This document shows positions 1 to 9,061 of a DNA stretch of 64,000 nt, piece by piece. The notes beneath the pieces are model-generated. The model ran no database searches and was not told the origin of the DNA. It saw only the letters and a program-made list of their open reading frames with translations. Numbering within the stretch: the stretch's first letter is position 1; each line of letters starts with the position of its first letter. Origin of the DNA: Naegleria gruberi (Eukaryota); NCBI GenBank assembly GCA_000004985.1, contig GG738848.1; one strand, 5' to 3'. A program made the position numbers and the translations under genes.

Positions 1-900
1 TGTTTATGTATTAATAATAGGACTATTATTTCAACAGGTAAGTGCCAATTCTTTCTATTTCATTCGAATACACATATATGTAAATTCATTAAGGTGCAAA
101 CTATTTTGGACAGGTAGGTCATTAGCTTTAAATTAAATGCTCAATCCAAAAGTTGGGAATTATAAACACACCAGATTTGGTACCATCAGTTCTCCCAAGC
201 ACTGTTGTCGATGCACTGTACAGCTATACATTCGTTAAAAGTTGGAATGAAGATGGAAAATATAGAGTAAGAGACGTTGCTTGCTCTGGAAATATGACAG
301 CTATTCTCACAGGTAAGCTCAAACCAAAACACCAGATTTAACATTAATTATTAGAATGTGGAAAATTATTTAAAACCTGTAATGCATCTGAACCAATTCA
401 AGCAGTTGTTCTGGATGGGTTTTCACTAACTACCATCGGTGGTAATTGGACTCACATTCTGGCACATACAAGCAAAAACCAAATGATGGGCATTACAGAT
501 AATCATGTTACAGAATTCTTTAGCGAATCTCCCATTAAGAATTGTGATAATTTGCAAATCTCAACAGGAACCAATTCTAACTATACCTATTTTATTTACT
601 CAAATAATGAATTATATGAACCACGCAATCCAAATCCTGTTCTCAAATCTTCTCTGCCAATAGTTGTTTGTAAAATGACATCTAAAGCAACCATGGTTTT
701 ATGTATGAATTGTAAGAACAACAAGTCAATTGTTGCAATGAAACGAAACATGCTCCAATGTACAGTATCACAAGGGTTATCAGATATTCTAATCAATGTC
801 CACCAATAAATTTACGCTCTTTTGGAAATTGGAGGTAACTTTATTGACACGTAAGTTACCATATTTCACTTTGATTTTCACTTTCGAAACAAATAGTTCC

Positions 901-1435
901 AACATTTATGCTATTGGAAAGAGTGAAGAATTAATAGGTAATCTCATTTAGAAACACAGTATTGATCGTGATCAATTAATCATTGCCACTAAATACTCAG
1001 CTCCTTTCGCTCAACATGCCAATGGTGGTGGCAATCATAAGAAGAATTTAATTCAATCAATCAATGCCTCACTCAAGAGATTACAATTAGAGTTTGTTGA
1101 TATATTACACGTTCACTTTTGGGATTTCACTGTTGATGCCAATGGATCTTGGTATTGGTCCTTGGGGAGTACCCGGTGCTGGTAAATTGAGGTAAGAAAT
1201 TGAGAAATCAAGAAAGTTTGTTGAAATGACTCAAGATGACTATGTTGTACTTGAAATTGCAACAGAATTGAATAGAACTCCCTCACAAGTTGCTATCAAT
1301 TGGATGATTTCGCAAGGAGTGTCAAGTGTCTTGATTGGTCCAAGGAACTTTTGAACAATTTGCAGATAACATTAAGAGTTTGGAATTTAGATTAAATCAA
1401 GATCAATTGAACAGATTGAAGATACACAATCTGTT
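901..1435 (+). pseudogene. Degraded aldo-keto reductase (aryl-alcohol dehydrogenase / Kv-beta-like) pseudogene
   Basis: Translation shows AKR blocks (NIYAIGKSEELIGNLI; RDQLIIATKYSAPF; GGNHKKNLIQSINASLKRLQLEFVDILHVHFWDF; EISRKFVEMTQDDYVVLEIATELNRTPSQVAINWMISQGVSSVLIGP). They are interrupted by in-frame stops (TAG after GNLI, TGA/TAA later) and at least two frame changes. No clean intron signals repair them. Confidence 0.5.
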
Positions 1436-1958
1436 AGCATGTTATACTTGAATGGAAACAAGTTCTCTATTAATAAAAAAATAAGTTGGATTCAATTTTA
1501 CAACAAAGCCATAAAATACATATCCAATTAGAATAAAGTAATTTCACCTTCCTCTTGTAGATATGAAGACTTTGATTGTTGTAAAGTTTTGGGTTTTGTT
1601 TTTCGATTTTTTGCATTTTCAAAAATGTGGATGACGCAGATGCATTGTTGTTGTTTAACATGTTATTGAATACAAATCAACAATATTGTTGATTTGTAAT
1701 GATTTGTTATCTGAATCTTGTTTTTTGGAAAGTTATCTGATGAACATTTTGGGACGAAACATTATCTCTTCACAACTTGGAGAGTTTCCAACAACAAGTT
1801 TAAGAGAAAACAATTCCCATTCGGTTCGATACTATCTACTCTTGGGTAATGAGTTTGTTTTTCATTGTTATTTTCATTATCTCTTGCGGTATTTTACGTT
1901 TTGAATAAATAGTGGAAAGCAAAGAGTGAATGTTTGAATCAATAACAAAAAAAACAAA

Positions 1959-3142
1959 ATGAATAACAATTCAAACAAATCATTTGCTACTAGAAGAAAC
2001 TCTTCTAATACTGTTCTCAGTTGTATTGTCTGTTTGGTATTATTCACCTTCATGATGACAATGGTTACTCCAATTGAACTTTCCAAAGGAAACAATAAGA
2101 AACCAATGCCACCAAAGCACAATAACACTCATCCTGTTCATCCAACTCATCCAATTGCTAATCACACTCATGCCAACACTCCTGTCAATGACAAGTCTTT
2201 GATTGATAGAATTAATTCCAATCATACTCATGGATGGAAGGCAACTGAATACTCTAGATTTGATAACATGACCATTTCACAACTTAGAGATAATTTATTT
2301 GGTCTTTCATTGATGAGCTCTGATGAAGACACTCCAAGAATGGCAAGTATTGAAACAAGAGTTGATATACCAATGAATTTCGATGCAAGAACTCAATGGA
2401 AAGGATGCGTTCCAGCAATTAGAGATCAACAAACATGTGGTGCTTGTTGGGCTTTGTAAGTTTTACAATTTGATTTATTTCAACTTACAATTTTCATTTT
2501 TGTATTATTTATAATAGCTCTGCAAATTATGTATTGGCTCATAGATTGTGCATTGCCACCAATGGTAAAACAAATGTTGTCCTCTCACCAGAATATCAAG
2601 TTCAATGCGATACAATGAATAAGGCCTGTCAAGGAGGTTATTTGAAATATTCTTGGACATTTTTGGAAAATACTGGAACACCACTCGATACTTGTATTCC
2701 ATATGCTAGTGGAAGAGGAACCTTCTCCTCTGGTACTTGTCCAACTCAATGCAAGATTGCATCCATGTCCATGAGCAAGTATAAGGCCAAAAATACTGTT
2801 TATATTTCAGGTATCAATAATATCAAGACTGCAATCATGACATATGGCAGCGTACAAGCTGGTTTCACAGTCTACAGAGATCTTACAGGGTAAGTTGAAT
2901 TTGTTTCATATATTCTAATTTGTTTTTCTAGATACAAGTCAGGTGTCTATAAACACGTTGTAAGCACAGTTCTTGGTGGACATGCCGTTGCCTTAATTGG
3001 ATTTGGAGTTGAGGGAGGTTCTAATTATTGGTTAGCTGCCAATTCATGGGGTCCAAATTGGGGAATGTCTGGATATTTCAAAATTGCTCAAGGAGAAGGT
3101 GGAATTGAGAATCAAGTTTATGCTGGAGAAGCTGTCTATTAA
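1959..3142 (+). CDS. Cathepsin B-like papain-family cysteine protease; three exons join(1959..2455,2518..2889,2932..3142). N-terminal hydrophobic signal-anchor and a His/Pro-rich linker.
   Basis: [10 protein letters not shown] active-site Cys block is restored by splicing (donor GTAAGT at 2456; acceptor AATAG|C at 2517). Exon 2 [17 protein letters not shown]. Exon 3 [21 protein letters not shown] (active His) and NSWGPNWG (Asn/Trp). The occluding-loop region is cysteine-rich. TAA stop at a conserved C-terminus. Confidence 0.85.
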
Positions 3143-3276
3143 AGAACAGTTCAAAACTCCAAACATTTGACGGATCTATCGATCTTTCAGAAACAGTTTA
3201 TTCTAACAAAATTATGTTGGAATTGTACATAACAAAATAAATATTTCCATTTTGTATTCCAAATGAGCAAAATGTC

Positions 3277-3348
3277 TAGCAAATCTAGGTTTCGATCCTA
3301 GGACCTATGGGTTATGAGCCCATCGCGCTTCCGCTGCGCCAATTTGCT
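3277..3348 (-). tRNA. Initiator tRNA-Met (anticodon CAT)
   Basis: Minus strand reads AGCAAAT-TG-GCGCAGCGGAAGCGC-G-ATGGG-CTCATAA-CCCAT-AGGTC-CTAGG-ATCGAAA-CCTAG-ATTTGCT-A. It has an A1:U72 pair and an AUCGAAA T-loop (A54/A60), typical of eukaryotic initiator tRNA, with three G-C pairs in the anticodon stem. A T-run terminator follows the 3' end. Confidence 0.85.
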
Positions 3349-3651
3349 TTACATTATTTATTAAAAAATATCTAGTAAAAATATTTAATCTAAAATTATG
3401 TGTAGTCTCACACCAACTACTATTTTTAAAGTGTTATTGATTCTTGAACAAAATGTTTTAACTAAAAAGCAGTCAGTTAGTACCCGAAATGTTAATAATC
3501 AATGGTCGTGAGACCGTCATAGTTTAGCATATCTTATGCTTGTCATCACACTACATCTCTTGCCAAATGCGATATAACTGTTCCTTCTCTCTCCTATCTT
3601 GTTCGCATTTTTTAATTGTGGGAGAATAAAATATTTTTATTAAATAATAAT

Positions 3652-6256
3652 TTATTGCAAGATGAGATGAACTGTAATTTCCTCTTGTTCTGAAGAAATA
3701 TTAAGGATTCTCATCTTTTCATTCGATTTTAATAGAGAGGCTAGAGGAGTAGTCAAGTATGATTGCTCGTTATGTTCTGAGAATATTGATGGAGCAAATA
3801 AAGAACCAGTTTCTCCCTTGGAATTTGTAATGAAAATTGTGTCCATCTCCTGATTGAGTGTTCTAGCTTCCTTCACCAATTCCTCAATGGTATCTGTAAA
3901 TTTCATATGAATTTCTTTAATATTATCAGAAATGTTCTCATAATGAATGTCTAAATCATCCAAACAGATATTATACTTGATATAGGAAAGTTTCTTTGAA
4001 TATTGATTCAACTGTTGAAGATATTGAAGTAAATGAAAACATTGAATTGATGCTGCCACGGATGTGGTAGTAATCAGAGCTGGATGAATTGCTCCAGCTA
4101 TTTTCTTTGCTTTGAAAAACTCAATTGGCTTACAAAGTTTCCTCCCAAAAAGGAAAAAGTTTTCTGCCCTAATATTGGAAGTGTCTTGAACGAACTGAAC
4201 CATCAAATCATCATCTTTTTCATATACTAAAGGTTTGAATGGTGAATTGACCTTCATATTTGAGTGAGTCATCTCTTCACTTTTTTCAGGAATAGTTATT
4301 TGGTGGTGAAACTTATTTTCATATTGTTGCAATTCTTCCCTTGTCAATGGCATGAATGGAAATTCAACACTTGATACAGATCTTGTTGATGGAATCAAAT
4401 CATTATTATCAAGATGTCTGTACAGTAAATAAATAGTAGTATTCATAAATGAGAAGTGACTCTCCTTTTCATAATTCAATTTAGCAGGACGTGGAGTAAA
4501 CTCTACCGATTCATTAAGGAAATATTGAATCTTGTTATCTTCATTCAATTCATCCAAATTGCAAAGTGTATTTTCTTGGAATGGACTGACAAATAACTGA
4601 TTAAACACCTCACGTGCAAGCACATAGAGGTGATTATTGACATTTCCAAGTTCAACCCTTTCTAATAATCTTGGGACCATTCTTGTGAAATAATCTTCGT
4701 ATTTCATTTTACTCCACATGATTAAATCTTCATGTTTTTCAGGATTGCTTTTCAGTGTGCAGGATGTTCTGATCTCTTCTCTTTCTTCCTCCTCTGTTTT
4801 TTGATTCTCATTGTGGAAGGGCTTTGTTGAGGCGTAGAGATGGAATGAATTTTGTGAGTAAAATCCTTGAGTTCCAGAGTTGATGAATGGAATTTTGTAA
4901 AGATTACACTTGTGAGAGAGGAATTGTCTTGCATGGTCATTATCTACTGCACCAAAAACAACGTCAATGGAAGACCAGAATGAATCTTGATTAAGATATG
5001 ATTCACTGTCACTGGTCAACTTTTCTTCAAACGATTCAATATTGACCTTTGAATTAAAGTAGTTGACCATCTTTTTCAATATTTGAGATTTCTTTGATCC
5101 AATATCACTTTGAGAGAAGAAAAATTGACGATTAAGATTTGTCAACTCAATACTATCCATATCTGTCACGTACATTGAACCTCTAGTAGTACATGCATTC
5201 ATGACCATCAAGTTCTTTACCAATTCACAACCTATTGCTCCAGCACCAACAATTAAAATATTCAAATCCTCAAGACCTAGCTCTTGAATTTTGAGTTGGC
5301 TTGGAGCCAAAGATAATTGATCAAAAAAGAAATAATATGGGTGCTTTTCTTTTGACAGCTCCAAAATCTGACACAGAATCTCATTTGCTGTAATTGCAGC
5401 AAAAAAACTTGTCTGTTTGTTCATGAGTAATAAAATACTTTGTAAAAGCTTACCATTGCATAATTGGAAGTTTCTCTAACTTTCTCGTGTTGAATGAATT
5501 TTTCATGATAGAAATTTAACAATTGATCTTTAACTTCATTCTCGTCATATGAGTCAATTGGATTTTCCATTTCTTCCATCTTTTCTGTAAATAAATCAAA
5601 CAAGGTGTTGACATCCATATTGTCAATAAAATTAGAAACAAGAGTTGAGAATTCTTCTAATGAAGTGTTCTCAAATATTGCATTGAGAATAGGACCATCT
5701 AAACAGCTTCTGTGAAAATGAGGAATTTGCTCCGTTTCACTTTTTGGAATAGTCAATATTCTTCCAATAAGCCCACTCACTTGAACACTAACTATTGTAT
5801 TAGAAAGATCATTAAAATTTGATTTTTCAATTCCACATTTAACAATACACTTTTAACCATTAGAGATAAAACCTAAACTTTCACTTACTGAGAACTGTTT
5901 CAAATTATTAGAAACTTCATCTGCTGAAACTTGCTTCACATTTGAGTCAGGGTTTAATCGGTGAATTTCTTCTTGGAAATTTTCTCCTTTCACATAACTC
6001 TGATCAAAATTGTAAGCTATTAGAATAGAAGAAGAATACTTACATCAAAATGGATTGTTGACAAATCTCCTTCTTCAATAGCAACAAGAGCCATGGCTTT
6101 GAATCCTAAAAGGATTAAATTTTTGGTCAACTCGACCAACATTGAACAACTTTGAGTATTCCTTTGGTTGTACTCAATCATCAAGTTACTATTATGAATT
6201 TTACTTGTAGAATCCTGCCCTAAAGCATACTCTTGCCTGTCCCATAAGTTTGACAT
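3652..6256 (-). CDS. Single-chain ubiquitin-like activating enzyme E1 (inactive N-terminal plus active C-terminal adenylation halves; catalytic Cys domain); join(6256..6044,5999..5889,5849..5454,5412..3652), about 826 aa
   Basis: Exon 1 has the E1 N-terminal motif LWDRQEYALGQ followed by a degenerate nucleotide-binding region (LVELTKNLILLGFKAMALV), i.e. an inactive adenylation-like half. The large exon has LNILIVGAGAIGCELVKNL (GxGxxG), IELTNLNRQFFF, and a catalytic-Cys block CTLKSNPEKHEDLIMWSK resembling UBA1/UBA2 PICTLKNFP / PGCTIRNTP. Three short introns (44, 39 and 41 nt) use GTAAGT/GTAAGC donors. The ORF-track start MNKQ at 5424 lies inside the last intron. Confidence 0.75.
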
Positions 6257-6272
6257 TTTTTTGATCGAATGT

Positions 6273-6280
6273 TAACGTGA
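6273..6280. promoter_or_regulatory. TAACGTGA element in the 79-bp divergent intergenic region between the E1 and UEV genes
   Basis: Seen in sequence (gttAACGTGAtttcc). It shares the AACGTGA core with the elements at 7976, 8000, 8512, 9015 and 9036. Confidence 0.4.
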
Positions 6281-6335
6281 TTTCCCAAGTCACTTCACTT
6301 TTCAAACTAAACTAATTGAAAAAAATTGTATTACA

Positions 6336-7064
6336 ATGTCTTCATCACGTTTGAGAAGGATCAAAAACGATCTTACAGAGGTACAACAAAATGCTTCTCT
6401 TCCTCCTTTATTAACATTTACACAGACTGAAAATTCTAGTATCATTCTCTTTAGTTTTAACTTGGACGAAACATCAAGTCTTTATGCAGGTGCCAATTTT
6501 CAGATTGAAGTTTCATTCCCAGAAAATTATCCCCACAAACCTCCTTCTTTCACATTCAAACACACCGTTCCATATCATTTCCTTGTTGATCAAATTAATG
6601 GAAAGGTAATTGGCCTCTCAAAACTTTCGACATGGTCAATGCTATTCACTTTACAATCAATATTTTCTGATCTCTACTCAAAATTTGTAAATGAACCAAG
6701 TCAAGAAGATGCTGAACAATGTGGTGTTAATGAGGATATGATTACAGAATATAGAAACACTCCACAAATCTACAGAGAAAAAGCAAGAAACTCTGTCAGA
6801 AAGTTGCAATTAACTGTAATTGAAAATCCTCTTGATTCAAATGAAATGAAGGATGAAGAATCTACTGAATCGAATGAAACGATTCATGAAGTAGTAGTTG
6901 ATGAAAATAACTTGCAGCCAAGTAATCCAATTTTGGAACAACCACTTGATTCAAGATTTGTTAATTCCAGTAATCACCACAAAATTGTTTCTCATGAAGA
7001 TGAATGGAATTATGAATACGGCTTGTATCATTTAAATATGAGATATGGAAATTACAATCAATAA
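6336..7064 (+). CDS. UBC-fold E2 variant (UEV-like, no catalytic Cys) with an acidic C-terminal extension
   Basis: UBC-domain blocks RLRRIKNDL...FQIEVSFPENYPHKPPSFTFKHTVPYHFLVDQINGKVIGLSKLSTWSMLFTLQSIFSDLY align with E2 FxIxFPxDYPFKPPKVxFxTxIYHPNIxxxGxICLDIL. The HPN triad is replaced by YHF and the Cys position by Gly/Ile. It is divergently transcribed from the E1 gene. Confidence 0.6.
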   Translation: MSSSRLRRIKNDLTEVQQNASLPPLLTFTQTENSSIILFSFNLDETSSLYAGANFQIEVSFPENYPHKPPSFTFKHTVPYHFLVDQINGKVIGLSKLSTWSMLFTLQSIFSDLYSKFVNEPSQEDAEQCGVNEDMITEYRNTPQIYREKARNSVRKLQLTVIENPLDSNEMKDEESTESNETIHEVVVDENNLQPSNPILEQPLDSRFVNSSNHHKIVSHEDEWNYEYGLYHLNMRYGNYNQ

Positions 7065-7114
7065 ATATTTTATTCAGAATATATTGTACATTTGTTTTTG
7101 TAACAGATTATTGC

Positions 7115-7945
7115 TTATTGAAATAACAATCTATTTTCAATTTCGTGCAAATCCTCTTTGGTTTGTGTTGGAGCTACAGGCAATGAACACTTGACATATG
7201 CACCATGAGTTGTTCCAGTTGCTTCTGTACCACTACACTTGAACGGCCATTTACCAGTATTTGTATTGTAAAGAGACAAACAAGCATGACAAAAAACAGC
7301 ATTACATCTTGGACAGTGAGTATGCTTGCACCTGTCTAACTTTCCATCAGATGATGCTTGTCTTTCACAATAATTTCCACAATTAACACATAATCTTGCC
7401 AAAGGAACAACTATTTCTTGATTGGATAGATTAATCTTGGCAGTTACAGAGGATCTAGTTGTCAAGGCAGTGATCAAGGGATCTTCATTAGAACATCCAT
7501 TTCCACAAATTCCTTCACCATTCTTCCATTGATTGCCACAAATGAAACAAAAGTCAAATTTGCAAACATCACAACTCAATCTAACATCGCTGGTGTTTCT
7601 TCTAATGAAGTGATTCTTACACTTATTACAAGTAGTTGCTCTCTTGATCTTGTAATGAATATCATTCAATGCTGAATCAAACTCTTCAATTTTATCATAA
7701 TCGATATTGGCTTGATTGACCCAATTCATTGAAATGGTTTCGCCACAATTAGTTTCATCACTTCCAGTTACATTCTTATTGGAACCATAACAAACCATTG
7801 CTGTTCCTTTCGACAAGTTTTGTAAATTTTCAACAAGACAGTCTTGACAAATATAATGTTGACATTTAAGTTTCAATAATTGTTGAGTGCCAAGACAATA
7901 GAAGCATTTAGACATTTTTTTGACTTGAGAGTTCCCAAATGTCAC
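7115..7945 (-). CDS. Cys-rich RBR-like (RING1-IBR-RING2) putative ubiquitin-family E3 ligase, 276 aa
   Basis: Three Cys/His clusters: CFYCLGTQQLLKLKCQHYICQDC (RING-like C3HC4 start); CNKCKNHFIRR...CDVCKFDFCFICGNQW (IBR-like); CVNCGNYCERQASSDGKLDRCKHTHCPRCNAVFCHAC (RING2-like). About 30 Cys in 276 aa. The assignment is by spacing pattern only. Confidence 0.5.
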   Translation of the reverse strand: MTFGNSQVKKMSKCFYCLGTQQLLKLKCQHYICQDCLVENLQNLSKGTAMVCYGSNKNVTGSDETNCGETISMNWVNQANIDYDKIEEFDSALNDIHYKIKRATTCNKCKNHFIRRNTSDVRLSCDVCKFDFCFICGNQWKNGEGICGNGCSNEDPLITALTTRSSVTAKINLSNQEIVVPLARLCVNCGNYCERQASSDGKLDRCKHTHCPRCNAVFCHACLSLYNTNTGKWPFKCSGTEATGTTHGAYVKCSLPVAPTQTKEDLHEIENRLLFQ

Positions 7946-7975
7946 TAGTCAAGCTGCACTTCAAACAGCTTTTTC

Positions 7976-8008
7976 GAAACGTGATGAAACTTATACACTC
8001 AAACGTGA
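7976..8008. promoter_or_regulatory. Two copies of the (G/C)AAACGTGA element (7976-7984 GAAACGTGA; 8000-8008 CAAACGTGA) in the divergent promoter between the RBR-like gene and the UBL gene
   Basis: Seen in sequence: ttttcGAAACGTGAtgaaacttatacactCAAACGTGAtacacc. Confidence 0.4.
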
Positions 8009-8086
8009 TACACCCCAAAACGCAACACAAGAATTCAATAAATAGATTTTAAATCACAGAATATTAATATCTCAATTCATAAAAAA

Positions 8087-8356
8087 ATGTCCACTCCATT
8101 AAACGTTTCCATTCAACAAGGTGTCCATACTAAAGTACTCTCAATCAGTCAAACTGCAACAGTGAAAGACCTTGCAACCATGTACAAATCCCAAACTGAA
8201 CTTAAAGAATTCTACTTTTTGCATAGAACCACCAGACTTGAAGAAACTACTATTGTTTCTCATATTATTAAACATCCAAACCAAAAGTTAGTAGTTGTTG
8301 GAATTGCTAAAGGTGGTTCTGAAGAAGGAAGAGCATCAATCTTGTCTCTTATTTAA
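8087..8356 (+). CDS. Small intronless ubiquitin-like (beta-grasp-like) protein of 89 aa with an internal Gly-Gly 11 residues before the C-terminus (putative UBL precursor)
   Basis: MSTPLNVSIQQGVHTKVLSISQTATVKDLATMYKSQTELKEFYFLHRTTRLEETTIVSHIIKHPNQKLVVVGIAKGG|SEEGRASILSLI. Alternating hydrophobic beta-strand patterns and a central helix fit a ubiquitin-like beta-grasp. The GG is followed by a short tail, as in precursor UBLs. It sits between the E3-like and E2-like genes. Confidence 0.45.
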   Translation: MSTPLNVSIQQGVHTKVLSISQTATVKDLATMYKSQTELKEFYFLHRTTRLEETTIVSHIIKHPNQKLVVVGIAKGGSEEGRASILSLI

Positions 8357-8511
8357 ACCTAGTTGAGTTTCGTCAAGATATTGAAATAAACTCTCTTTTT
8401 TCAATTAAATCGAAATATTAATCATTTCTGCTGCTTATGAAATCAAGCCGTGTGATCAAACGAGAATCTAATTTTGGTGCCACTGGTGCAAATGATTAAG
8501 TTAGGAAGTCT

Positions 8512-8520
8512 GAAACGTGA
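8512..8520. promoter_or_regulatory. GAAACGTGA element 17 nt upstream of the E2-like gene ATG
   Basis: Seen in sequence: gtctGAAACGTGAaaaaaacaattaaaaaATG. Confidence 0.4.
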
Positions 8521-8536
8521 AAAAAACAATTAAAAA

Positions 8537-9016
8537 ATGTCAAAACAAAGAAGAATTCTGAATGAAGTTGCTGAAGCCAACAAGAACAATCATCCAAAGA
8601 TCAAATTTGAAATTTCCCAAGAGAATTTACATGGTTGGAATTGTTCATTTAAAGGTCCAGATAACACTCCCTATCAAGATTTGCAATTTGAAGGAACTCT
8701 CTGTCTTCCGTAAGTTTAGTTTGGATTAGTTTTGCTAATATTTTGCTTGGTTAGAAATGATTTTCCTTCATCAAGACCAACCTTTGTATTCTCTTCCAAA
8801 ACAATTCCATACCACATCAATGTAGACGATAGTGGTGTAGCTTCTGTCTCTTTGCAATGGACTCCCACACTCACAGGAATAGTTTTTGTCGAAAGTGTAA
8901 TTAACATGTTAGAAACTCCACAACCAACTTGTTCTGTTAGTGATGAAAGATTCAAATTATATCAAAGTAACAAAGATCAATATCAAAAACAAGCCAGCAA
9001 ATTCCTCCAAGAATAA
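8537..9016 (+). CDS. UBC-fold E2-like protein, about 151 aa, with Ser at the catalytic-Cys position and HIN instead of HPN; join(8537..8709,8755..9016)
   Basis: Exon 1 MSKQRRILNEVAEANKNNHPKIKFEIS...GWNCSFKGPDNTPYQDLQFEGTLCL (UBC N-terminal helix and the GPxxTPYEGG block). A 45-nt intron (GTAAGT...TTAG) in phase 2 joins it to PNDFPSSRPTFVFSSKTIPYHINVDDSGVASVSLQWTPTLTGIVFVESVINMLETPQP. This aligns to IYHPNINSNGSICLDIL...WSPALTISKVLLSI with C replaced by S. Confidence 0.6.
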
Positions 9017-9044
9017 ACGTGATCATTGTAAACTTGAAACGTGA
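9015..9044. promoter_or_regulatory. Two copies of the AAACGTGA element (9015-9022 and 9036-9044) immediately upstream of the USP gene ATG (9062); the first overlaps the stop codon of the upstream E2-like gene
   Basis: Seen in sequence: gaaTAAACGTGAtcattgtaaacttGAAACGTGAgacgaatcttaaaaaaaATG. Confidence 0.4.
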
Positions 9045-9061
9045 GACGAATCTTAAAAAAA

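Noticed and set aside
5413-5424. ORF-track start MNKQTSFF (5424) as the E1 gene start
   Set aside because: The ATG lies inside a 41-nt intron (GTAAGC...AACAG). Upstream exons (6256-5454) encode the E1 N-terminal motif and the inactive adenylation half, in phase.
6273-9044. AACGTGA as an element exclusive to the UBL cluster
   Set aside because: It is not exclusive. A reverse copy precedes ATG9 (33670-33679), GAAACGTT-type variants lie upstream of the formin (54737, 54852), and a coding-region copy exists in PreP (about 21790). The claim is therefore limited to local enrichment and needs a genome-wide background.
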